DNA of 64,000 nucleotides from Alphaproteobacteria bacterium (GTDB lineage: Bacteria > Pseudomonadota > Alphaproteobacteria > RF32 > CAG-239), in contig JAGBHO010000021.1 in the NCBI GenBank assembly GCA_017935485.1, forward strand, positions 2,479-66,478. Reading direction: 5' to 3'. Below the pieces are notes generated by a model that saw nothing but the letters and a program-made list of their open reading frames with translations, was not told the origin of the DNA and did no database searches. Below, piece by piece: positions 1-8,107 of this stretch; position 1 is the first letter of the stretch, and each line of letters opens with the position of its first letter. The position numbers were made by a program, and so were the translations under genes.

Positions 1-1
1 T

Positions 2-307
<306 letters not shown>

Positions 308-331
308 TTCTGAGCAGGCTTAGTTAAGAAA

Positions 332-366
332 AATCCCCGATTGTGAAAACATCGGGGATTTTTTTT
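332..366 (+). terminator. Rho-independent terminator after rpoC
   Basis: Stem ATCCCCGAT / ATCGGGGAT with a 9 nt loop, followed by a T8 run. Confidence 0.85.
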
Positions 367-633
367 GCGGGGAGGGGAAGGCGGGGTGATGAAACAAGAA
401 AAATGGCGGACAGACAGAGGGAAAAATGACAGGATGAAAGGATGGGAAAAGGCGGCAAGAAGAGAGCGTAGAGTGATAAAAATATGCGGAAAAAAGAAAA
501 CGGAAGAAAAAAAGCAGAAAGCAAGGAGGGGAACGAAGACAGCCGGGATGAAATAAATACGGAAAAGGAGAAAGGCCGGATTAGAGACTGAGGGAAATAA
601 AGACGGGATGGAAAATAGGGAGAAAATGAGCGA
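367..633 (+). repeat. Polypurine (A/G) tract, about 83 percent purine on the plus strand
   Basis: My manual count gives 45 pyrimidines in 267 nt. There are many GGA, GGAG and AGGATG motifs. It lies between the rpoC terminator and the next promoter. Confidence 0.8.
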
Positions 634-642
634 TTTTTGTGT

Positions 643-671
643 TTGACAAAAGGTGTTGCAGCTTGTAAAGT
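643..671 (+). promoter_or_regulatory. Sigma70-like promoter TTGACA-17-TAAAGT
   Basis: Hexamers at 643-648 and 666-671 with a 17 nt spacer, about 40 nt upstream of the ATG at 712. Confidence 0.5.
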
Positions 672-711
672 CAAAGCAATTAACAGAATTATTAACTAAA
701 TTTTATTTATT

Positions 712-1110
712 ATGGATTTGCAAATATTTTTAATGGTTGTTTGTATGGGCGGGCTTGTTTATTTGATTTTGTTACAAGTTCAAATTGCCCAGCTGAAGCA
801 AGAGAACAAAAAGCTGGCAAATGAAGCTCGGGCTTATCTTGAAATGCACAATGAACTCAAGCGAAAAAGGCTGGCCGAAAAATCAGAAGCCGAGCATTTG
901 CTTGAGGTATTTTTAGATTCAGCAGATGAAGATGCTGTTCGTTATTATCTTGGGACTTTGACGAACAGAGAAGCATGTGCCGAAAATCCGGAAGCCAGAC
1001 GAGTGGCAGAGGAATTACAGAAGGAGCTTGTTCCCAAAGCATTGCGGAAGAGAGATGCGCGTCGTAAGACGGGGGAGGCATGGCATGAGATTGATATTGA
1101 CAATGTTTAA
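712..1110 (+). CDS. Hypothetical membrane-anchored coiled-coil protein (132 aa)
   Basis: N-terminal hydrophobic helix IFLMVVCMGGLVYLILL followed by charged helical sequence. No clear SD. Confidence 0.55.
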   Translation: MDLQIFLMVVCMGGLVYLILLQVQIAQLKQENKKLANEARAYLEMHNELKRKRLAEKSEAEHLLEVFLDSADEDAVRYYLGTLTNREACAENPEARRVAEELQKELVPKALRKRDARRKTGEAWHEIDIDNV

Positions 1111-1121
1111 AAAACAGGCTT

Positions 1122-1310
1122 ATGGAAGTTGAAGTTTGGATTTTTATCGGCTTTTCGGTTATTATTGCTGTCACGGCTTTGGTTTTGCTTGTATATTATC
1201 AACGTCAGCTTGATGCAAAAGACAGGCTGCTTCAGGAACAGCAACATGAACTCGATAAAATGCGTTTGAAGTTGCAACGGTATAAGGCCGGTTTGAGGTC
1301 CAAAATATGA
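1122..1310 (+). CDS. Hypothetical small membrane-anchored coiled-coil protein (62 aa)
   Basis: N-terminal TM helix WIFIGFSVIIAVTALVLLVYY followed by a Q/L/K-rich helix. Same architecture as the upstream ORF. A terminator follows. Confidence 0.5.
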   Translation: MEVEVWIFIGFSVIIAVTALVLLVYYQRQLDAKDRLLQEQQHELDKMRLKLQRYKAGLRSKI

Positions 1311-1342
1311 ATATCGAACGTATTTGCTTTAAGAATTATCAA

Positions 1343-1371
1343 CCTCCCGGAATTATCTCGGGAGTTTTTTT
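1343..1371 (+). terminator. Rho-independent terminator
   Basis: Stem CTCCCG / CGGGAG followed by a T7 run. Confidence 0.75.
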
Positions 1372-1469
1372 GTCAAAAAATATTTGGAAAATTTAAGGTA
1401 ATGCTGATGATTGGATATTATAAACTCGTTTAAAAATTATATTTTTATATAATCTTTTGAAAAATGTAA

Positions 1470-1500
1470 AACGGTATCTTGAAAAGGTGCCGTTTTTTTT
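1470..1500 (+). terminator. Orphan rho-independent terminator (no ORF upstream)
   Basis: A 9 bp stem AACGGTATC / GGTGCCGTT followed by T8. It contains two G-U pairs that work only on the plus-strand RNA. Confidence 0.6.
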
Positions 1501-1537
1501 CTATATTAAAAGAAATAAATAAAAATGACGAAAAATA

Positions 1538-1566
1538 TTGACGTAATTTGTCTATTGTGGTATAGT
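1538..1566 (+). promoter_or_regulatory. Sigma70-like promoter TTGACG-17-TATAGT
   Basis: Near-consensus hexamers with a 17 nt spacer, 38 nt upstream of the ATG at 1604. Confidence 0.6.
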
Positions 1567-1603
1567 TTTTGTCAGTTTTAAGATTCTAGCCGAGGTTGTT
1601 ATA

Positions 1604-2842
1604 ATGAGCAGTAGTTGGTTTAGCAAACAAAATATTAGAAAAACAATTATGAAGACATTACAAGGGGCGGTGATACTGGCCGCACCGTATTTTATCCGGA
1701 GTTATTTTGAAAAAAGTGAACAACAGGACCGGCAACAGGTTAAAAAAGAAATCCGGACGGATCATAAAACTGCTCAGACAAAAGAAACCGGCAATACAAA
1801 AGTGTTAAATAAGGCGGATTGGGATTTTGGAACCAAAACTTTGTCCAAGATTTCAGAATTGGTTTCTGAGGTTAAGAGCGAGAAAAAATCCGGTAAGCAA
1901 ACCATGGTTTTTTCTCGGCAAAAAACGACTGCTTCCCAGGCAAGATTAATGGATAAGATTGTGGCAAAGATCAGAACAAAGCCGAACAAAAAGGCCGATA
2001 ACCGCCGTTATGAAACGCAAAAAATTTCTTTGTCGTCCACGCTTAACAAATATGCTTCTAAAAACGGTCAGAGATTGTGTCAGATTGAAAATAAAATCGT
2101 GGCAATGATTGCCCTTATGGAAAATTATGAAGCTTATCCTTATATGAGTGGCGGTGCGGCAACAATCGGCTACGGTTCCTGCTACAAACCGAACGGAATG
2201 CCCGTTACGATGCACGATGCTCCGATTGACAAGACAACGGCGCGTTTGTATACGCAGGCTCATTTGCGCAAAGACGTTTTTCCGGCAATTGAGAAATATG
2301 TGCATAAAGACTTGGATGATGGTCAGCTGATGGCTGTCAGCGCCTTTATCTATGCTGTCGGCAGCGCCAATTTTGCAGGCCTGGGGTATGATGATCATGG
2401 CAGAAAGCGCCAACCCAGCGAGTTTTTGAAAGCGGTTAACAGCGGTAAGAGCGATTTTGAATGCGCGCGTAAGCTGAGTGGCTGGAAAACTGCCGGCGGC
2501 GGCATTTTGCACGAAGGGCTGCTTAAGCGGCGCTGGCTGGAAATGGCCTTGTATTGTCATCGTCTGGAACCTCAGGAACTTTTGGATATGACGCCGGGCG
2601 GGCATTTTAATCTGGCCGTACGCGACTTATATAAACACGGCCGTGCCGACAAAGACGGTTATTATACGCCGATGATGGACGATGCCACAATGCGGCGCGT
2701 GATGCAAAAATGCAAGACAGGGCGCCGCCGGCTGAAAGATATTATTGACGAGAAAACTTTGCAGAATTTGAAATCCGAACAGGTTTGGGCCCTGACTGAT
2801 TTTGCACAAAGATATGCGGCATTGAGAACTGCAGGTGCTTAA
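1604..2842 (+). CDS. Membrane-anchored GH24 (phage-type) lysozyme-like protein
   Basis: N-terminal hydrophobic anchor. The central segment LMENYEAYPYMSGGAATIGYGS ... LMAVSAFIYAVGSANF ... GLLKRRWLEMALY resembles the GH24 muramidase signature (E..AY.D..G..TIGYG). SD GAGG lies upstream. Confidence 0.7.
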   Translation: MSSSWFSKQNIRKTIMKTLQGAVILAAPYFIRSYFEKSEQQDRQQVKKEIRTDHKTAQTKETGNTKVLNKADWDFGTKTLSKISELVSEVKSEKKSGKQTMVFSRQKTTASQARLMDKIVAKIRTKPNKKADNRRYETQKISLSSTLNKYASKNGQRLCQIENKIVAMIALMENYEAYPYMSGGAATIGYGSCYKPNGMPVTMHDAPIDKTTARLYTQAHLRKDVFPAIEKYVHKDLDDGQLMAVSAFIYAVGSANFAGLGYDDHGRKRQPSEFLKAVNSGKSDFECARKLSGWKTAGGGILHEGLLKRRWLEMALYCHRLEPQELLDMTPGGHFNLAVRDLYKHGRADKDGYYTPMMDDATMRRVMQKCKTGRRRLKDIIDEKTLQNLKSEQVWALTDFAQRYAALRTAGA

Positions 2843-2921
2843 AAAATTTTTTCCGTCTCCTTGTTTTTGTTCCGAAAGGGATTATTTGCATTAGCAAAAT
2901 TACAAACAGCGAGGTGGGAAA

Positions 2922-3413
2922 ATGGATGAAGCTTTGCGGAACCTGACAATGATTTTATGGGCGTATTGCGCCATAAACAGTCCGGCATCGGCCGAGGCGA
3001 GAATGGTGACTATCAGCGAGGAAAATCCGCCGATTCGGGAGACTGTTGTATATGGCGCGGCCAAAACGCCTTCCGGAAAAGAAAATGTTTTTGAGATTGA
3101 ACAGCCGGAGAATGCGCCTAACCCTTTAGGTAATCCGATTGTCGGAGAAGATGGTGCGCCGGCTGCCGGCGAATCGGCTCAGGAGATTCCGGCTCAGCCC
3201 TTGCCTGAAATGCAAAAACAGCCTAAAGTTCTTGCCCGAGACGCTGTCGGCGAGGCTATGGGCGCGGGGGAAATTCCGCTGCCAGAAAACGGCAAGATCG
3301 AAAATGAGCTGTATCAGCAGGGAAATGATATTATTGATGTTCAGGCCTTTCCGATTAAAGACGTTGATGAAGTAACAACGCCCAATACCCAGCCGGCCAT
3401 TGTAACACAGTAA
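2922..3413 (+). CDS. Hypothetical secreted acidic/proline-rich protein (163 aa)
   Basis: SD GAGGTGGG. Signal-peptide-like N-terminus ending SPASAEA. Low-complexity P/E/A-rich body. Confidence 0.55.
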   Translation: MDEALRNLTMILWAYCAINSPASAEARMVTISEENPPIRETVVYGAAKTPSGKENVFEIEQPENAPNPLGNPIVGEDGAPAAGESAQEIPAQPLPEMQKQPKVLARDAVGEAMGAGEIPLPENGKIENELYQQGNDIIDVQAFPIKDVDEVTTPNTQPAIVTQ

Positions 3414-3414
3414 G

Positions 3415-4197
3415 CTAAATTTTTTCAAAATCCAAAAATACCGGTTTTCGGCCTTCGGCCAGAGCTTTGCGCTGGTATTTGGTTTCGACCCAGTCTCTGG
3501 GCGGGAGCCGCCAGTCATTACTGCATTTGGCTGTCCAGCGGAAGACTTTTTCTCCATTTTCATTTGTAAAGTTGCAGGTTTGGTGCAAAGCCCAGCCTTT
3601 GTAAATTTTATGGTCCGTTGCAACGCGGAGCATACCGCCTTTTTTCAAAATACGGCTGATTTCTTTTAAGTTGTCCGGATTGATAAAGCGGCGGAAAGCA
3701 TGGCGCTTTTTGGGCCAAGGGTCAGGAAAAAGCACAAAGACTTTATCCAGAAAACCATCAGGAATACGGGAAAACAACAGGCGGACGTCGTCGTTGAAGA
3801 TACGGATGTTGTCTTTGCGTCCGGACAGAAGCGTGATTTTTTCCGGCAGGTCGGAGCCTTCTTTGATGCCGGTCAGCAGTCCAAGCAGCGAGGCTATGCC
3901 ATTTTTGAAGACTTCGGCGCCGATAAAACCGCAATCCGGATTGTTCAGTGCTTGTCCGGCGATATGCTCGCCGTTGCCAAATCCGATTTCCAAGCAGACT
4001 TTTTTTACCGGATGTCCGAACAGCGTGTCTTTGTTGAATTCGGTTTGGGGAGAGATGATTACCTGCGGCAGAAAAGAATCCAGTAATGTCGATTTGGCTT
4101 TGCGTAATTTACGTCCTTGGCGGCGGCCGTAAAACTTCGGCTGATTGTCGGTTAAAAGCATTTTTTTAATTTCTCGCTTAGATCTGTTTTTTCCCAC
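3415..4197 (-). CDS. trmB: tRNA (guanine-N7)-methyltransferase
   Basis: Motifs FYGRRQGRKL, EIGFGNGEH and LFPDPWPKKRH. The start is uncertain: GTG at 4197 or ATG at 4161. Confidence 0.9.
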   Translation of the reverse strand: MGKNRSKREIKKMLLTDNQPKFYGRRQGRKLRKAKSTLLDSFLPQVIISPQTEFNKDTLFGHPVKKVCLEIGFGNGEHIAGQALNNPDCGFIGAEVFKNGIASLLGLLTGIKEGSDLPEKITLLSGRKDNIRIFNDDVRLLFSRIPDGFLDKVFVLFPDPWPKKRHAFRRFINPDNLKEISRILKKGGMLRVATDHKIYKGWALHQTCNFTNENGEKVFRWTAKCSNDWRLPPRDWVETKYQRKALAEGRKPVFLDFEKI

Positions 4198-5306
4198 GAA
4201 AAGCTTCCGTCTTCTCCCGGTTGCCGGCCAAAATGTCCGTAACTGGAAGTTGGGGTATAAATCGGACGGTTTAATCCGAGGTGGCGGATAATACCTTTCG
4301 GGCTCAAATCTACCATATCTTTCAGAATGTGCAAGATTTTTTGTTCATCAACTTTGGCAGTGTTATTGCAATCAATAAACAGGGAAAGCGGTTCTTTGAC
4401 GCCAATGGCATAAGAGATTTGCAACAGGCATTCTTCTGCTAAGCCGGCAGCAACGATGTTTTTAGCCAGATAACGCAGCATATAGGCTGCCGAACGGTCT
4501 ACCTTGGTGGCATCTTTTCCGGAAAAAGCTCCGCCGCCGTGCGGGGCATAACCGCCGTAAGTGTCAACAATGATTTTTCGTCCGGTCAGACCGGTATCTC
4601 CGTCCGGGCCTCCGATAACGAAACGTCCGGTCGGGTTTATCAAAATGTCTTTATCCTCAGGCATGAAGTCTGCGGGAATTGTCTGGCGCAGATTTTCTTT
4701 GACGATTTCATGTACTTGTTCTTGACTGAGGGCTTCTGTATGCTGTGTGGAGACAACCAGTTTGGCAATGCTGATCGGTTTGCCGTCAACATATCGCAGT
4801 GTGACTTGAGATTTGGCATCTGGCTCAAGGCCTGTGAGTTCACCGTTGTGGCGAGCAAGACTTAAGTTGTGCAGAATTTTGTGCGCCCAGAAAATGGCAA
4901 GCGGCATGTAGTTGCTGTCAAAGCCTTCTTCTTTTTTGGCATAGCCGAACATAATGCCTTGATCGCCGGCACCGTCATTATTTACGCCGAGTGCAATGTC
5001 GGAGGACTGGCTGTGCAAGTAGTTGTCGATGCGGACGGTCTGCCAGTTGAAGCCTTTTTGCGCATAGCCGATTTCTTTGATGGTTTGGCGGACGGATTCG
5101 ACGATGTCTTCATACATAATAACGGCGTTGCTGCTGGTTTCGCCGGAAATAATAACGCGGTTTGTTGTGGCCAAGGTCTCAATAGCCGTGCGGGCTGACG
5201 GATCTTGGCTAATATATAAATCAACAATCGAATCGGAAATGCGATCGCAGACTTTATCCGGATGTCCTTCTGAAACTGATTCGCTGGTAAATAAATAGTC
5301 CTGCAT
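4152..5306 (-). CDS. metK: S-adenosylmethionine synthetase
   Basis: FTSESVSEGHPDKVCDRISD, GAGDQGIMFGYA and GGGAFSGKD motifs. SD GGAGG. Confidence 0.97.
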   Translation of the reverse strand: MQDYLFTSESVSEGHPDKVCDRISDSIVDLYISQDPSARTAIETLATTNRVIISGETSSNAVIMYEDIVESVRQTIKEIGYAQKGFNWQTVRIDNYLHSQSSDIALGVNNDGAGDQGIMFGYAKKEEGFDSNYMPLAIFWAHKILHNLSLARHNGELTGLEPDAKSQVTLRYVDGKPISIAKLVVSTQHTEALSQEQVHEIVKENLRQTIPADFMPEDKDILINPTGRFVIGGPDGDTGLTGRKIIVDTYGGYAPHGGGAFSGKDATKVDRSAAYMLRYLAKNIVAAGLAEECLLQISYAIGVKEPLSLFIDCNNTAKVDEQKILHILKDMVDLSPKGIIRHLGLNRPIYTPTSSYGHFGRQPGEDGSFSWEKTDLSEKLKKCF

Positions 5307-5334
5307 AAATTTTTTCCTCCAAAGCTTTTTTATA

Positions 5335-5371
5335 AAAATAAAAAAAAGCCGGAATTTATCCAGCTTTTTTT
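5335..5371 (-). terminator. Hairpin with flanking A and T runs between the HTH gene and metK (terminator or attenuator)
   Basis: On the minus-strand RNA: AAAAAAAGCUGG-loop-CCGGCUUUUUUU. It sits 35 nt upstream of the metK ATG. Confidence 0.55.
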
Positions 5372-5390
5372 GTTAGTTATGCTCGTTATA

Positions 5391-5888
5391 TTATTCGCCG
5401 TCTTCGTCTTTGTTATAGGTGCTTTTTGACAAAGAGACGATGAGGTCATAAACATGTTTGGCCGCTTTGCGGTTGGGAATTTTGTAGTAAGCGCGAACCA
5501 GCTCGATTGTTTCCTGACGGTTCATCGGGTCGGCGTCAAAAGCGGCATCGTCTTCGGCCAGAGCCAAAGGCGTGCTGTCGGGAATGCTGAACATTCTCGG
5601 GCTTTGGTTGGCTACTTCTTTGTCCATATCTTCATAAAAGAAACCAACGGGAACTTCCAAAACTTTGCTGATGTCCCAAAGACGGCTTGCTCCGACTCGG
5701 TTCATTCCGCGTTCATATTTCTGAACCTGTTGAAAGGTCAGACCTAATAATGAAGCCATCTTTTCCTGACTTAAACCGAGAAGAGTACGACGCAGACGAA
5801 TGCGATTGCCTACGTGTACGTCGATGGGGTTAGGTTGTCCGGTTGGAGTTCTCCCCCGACTTGATCTTTTAAAAGTTTCAGCAGTCAT
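5391..5888 (-). CDS. XRE-family helix-turn-helix transcriptional regulator
   Basis: HVGNRIRLRRTLLGLSQEKMASLLGLTFQQVQKYERGMNRV is a classic Cro/C1 HTH. The ATG at 5888 has an AAAGGAAAA SD. Confidence 0.85.
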   Translation of the reverse strand: MTAETFKRSSRGRTPTGQPNPIDVHVGNRIRLRRTLLGLSQEKMASLLGLTFQQVQKYERGMNRVGASRLWDISKVLEVPVGFFYEDMDKEVANQSPRMFSIPDSTPLALAEDDAAFDADPMNRQETIELVRAYYKIPNRKAAKHVYDLIVSLSKSTYNKDEDGE

Positions 5889-6004
5889 TTTTTTTCCTTT
5901 ACGCTTTTTATTTATATATCTATTACTATAAATATGATTTTCCAAGCGTGTCGTCAACAAATTTTTTATATAATATATTATATTATTTTTTACTTATATA
6001 TCTG

Positions 6005-7573
6005 TTATTGTTGAATTTGCTTCTTTTTCATATTTTTATCGTTTCTTTGAGAAATATAACAGGCAAGTATTATGTTGAAAAGATACAATGCTATGGGAAT
6101 ATTGTTACCATGTTTATTGTAAAAAGTAAAGACAGAAGCTTCAGCCGGAAGGCGGATATCCATAATATTTTGAATATTAAGCGGAATCGCGGCAATAACC
6201 TGTCCATAAGGCGAGATGGCGGCACTGATGCCGCTGTTGGCCGCGCGGATTATGGTAATGCCTTCTTCCACGGCACGCAGTCTCGCTGCCGTTAAATGTT
6301 GGTAAGGCCCCATGGAGTCTCCGTACCAGCCGTCATTGGTCAGGTTTATCATCCATTCGGGCTTTTTCTGCCTGTTTATAACCTGGTAGGGAAAGATGAT
6401 TTCATAACAAATGCTTGCGCTCAATTCCGGAAAGTTTTTTATACTGAGGGTTTGCGGACCGCTGCCTGTGCCGAAATTGGCAATGGTATTGGCGACAGGC
6501 CGGATCCAATCCGGCAGGTATTGTTTCAGCGGTATGTATTCGCCGAAAGGCACTAAGTGCGTTTTATCGTAGTGGGCAATGATTTCTCCTTGTTTGTTGA
6601 TAACAAACATTGAATTGAACGGCGTGTATCCGCCGTCTGGTTTGCCTTCGTATCTGACCAATCCGGTTATCAGATAACCGTCAGCGGGAATGGCGGCGGT
6701 TATGGCCTGCCGGTGTTCTTTGTCAACGTCCAGCGGAAAGGGAACGGCCGTTTCTCCCCAGACGACAAAGTCAATTTTATCCAATCCGGCTGTTCGGCTC
6801 AAGGCGATGTATTTTTGAAAATTGTATTCCAAGGCATTGCGATCCCACTTCATGGCTTGCGGGATGGCAGGCTGGACAAGGCGGACAGTTGTTTCTCCGG
6901 CAGTTTGCACGGCGGCGGAAAGGCGAAAAAAGCCGATTCCGAAAAGAAGCAGCAACAGCAAAGCAGGAATGCCGGCAGCCGGAAGCAGATTTCTTTTCTG
7001 CGGGTTGCTGAGGTATAATGCCGGAAAAGAAGATATGAGGATTGTGATGAGGGAAAGCCCGTAAGTTCCCCACAGAGAAGCCGTTTGTAGCATGGTATCG
7101 GAGAAAGCAAAAACCGAGCCGAGAAGATTCCACGGAAAACCGGTCAGGACAAAGCTGCGCAGCCATTCGCTGAAACCCCAGAAGCCGGCAAAGGCCAAAA
7201 TCCGGGCAATGAGCGGTTTGAAGTAATAAGAAAGCCACAACGGCAGGGCGGTAAAAAGTCCGAAAAAGGCGCCGCCGGCCAGCAGGCAGAGCGGGTAGAG
7301 CCAGCCGAAAGCCGAGGCGTCCAACAACAAGGCATTGCCGATCCATGACAGGCCGAAAGCAAAATGGCCAAAGCCGAAAGCATAGCCGAGTTTCCATGCT
7401 TTCGGGGCGGTGTCCGCCGTTTTTTCCAGCAGGCAGAACAAGCCGGAAAAGCTCACGAAAAGAATGGGAAAAATATGAAAAGGCGGCAGGGCATAAACGC
7501 TGAGAATGCCGAGCATAAAAGCCGCAGTTTGGGGAAAGGACGAAAGCATGGCGGAAAGGCGGCGGAAAGGCAT
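6005..7573 (-). CDS. lnt: Apolipoprotein N-acyltransferase
   Basis: Polytopic N-terminal half plus a C-terminal nitrilase-like domain (VVWGETA, ICYEIIFP, NDGWYG). SD AAGGAAA. Confidence 0.93.
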   Translation of the reverse strand: MPFRRLSAMLSSFPQTAAFMLGILSVYALPPFHIFPILFVSFSGLFCLLEKTADTAPKAWKLGYAFGFGHFAFGLSWIGNALLLDASAFGWLYPLCLLAGGAFFGLFTALPLWLSYYFKPLIARILAFAGFWGFSEWLRSFVLTGFPWNLLGSVFAFSDTMLQTASLWGTYGLSLITILISSFPALYLSNPQKRNLLPAAGIPALLLLLLFGIGFFRLSAAVQTAGETTVRLVQPAIPQAMKWDRNALEYNFQKYIALSRTAGLDKIDFVVWGETAVPFPLDVDKEHRQAITAAIPADGYLITGLVRYEGKPDGGYTPFNSMFVINKQGEIIAHYDKTHLVPFGEYIPLKQYLPDWIRPVANTIANFGTGSGPQTLSIKNFPELSASICYEIIFPYQVINRQKKPEWMINLTNDGWYGDSMGPYQHLTAARLRAVEEGITIIRAANSGISAAISPYGQVIAAIPLNIQNIMDIRLPAEASVFTFYNKHGNNIPIALYLFNIILACYISQRNDKNMKKKQIQQ

Positions 7574-7588
7574 GGTTTTTCCTTTATG

Positions 7589-8107
7589 TTAATCCAGATA
7601 AGGATTTTTGATGTTTAGTTTTTCCAAAATTTTAACTTCACAGCTTTCCATATATTCGGCTTCTTCGTCTTCAATATGGTCAAAGCCGAGCAAATGCAGC
7701 AGACCGTGAGTCAGAAGGTGGCAGTAGTGGTCGGAAAGCGGAATTTGTTTCAGGTCGGCTTCGCGTTCCAAGGTTTCCAGAGCAATGATGATGTCGCCGA
7801 GTTCGATTTCTTCGTACAGTTCACAGTCTTCGGCAAAGGCCTCATCATCAATATTGGCAAAAGACAGGACGTTGGTCGGTTTGTCCATGCCGCGAAATTC
7901 TTTGTTGAGTTTTTGGACATTGGCGTCATTGCTCAGGCATAAGTTAACTTCCATCGGTTTTTTGCCGTCCCAGAAATCAATTTCTCCGAGGGAAGATATA
8001 TAATCAAAAACCGTGGCCATGACCTGATCGGAAAGGCTGCCGAAATCCGGCAATGCCTGATTCCAGCGGCCTTCTTCAACTGAAATTAAAAGACAGGTAT
8101 TACTCAT
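7589..8107 (-). CDS. ybeY: rRNA maturation endoribonuclease YbeY
   Basis: H-x3-H-x5-H motif HLLTHGLLHLLGFDH. The ATG at 8107 overlaps the phoH stop. Confidence 0.92.
   Translation of the reverse strand: MSNTCLLISVEEGRWNQALPDFGSLSDQVMATVFDYISSLGEIDFWDGKKPMEVNLCLSNDANVQKLNKEFRGMDKPTNVLSFANIDDEAFAEDCELYEEIELGDIIIALETLEREADLKQIPLSDHYCHLLTHGLLHLLGFDHIEDEEAEYMESCEVKILEKLNIKNPYLD

Noticed and set aside
324-674. ORFs 324-674 (minus, 116 aa) and 365-556 (plus, 63 aa) inside the polypurine tract
   Set aside because: The translations are extreme low complexity (S/F/L/P-rich or K/R/E/G-rich), dictated by the purine/pyrimidine strand bias. There is no SD. The plus ORF starts inside the rpoC terminator T run.
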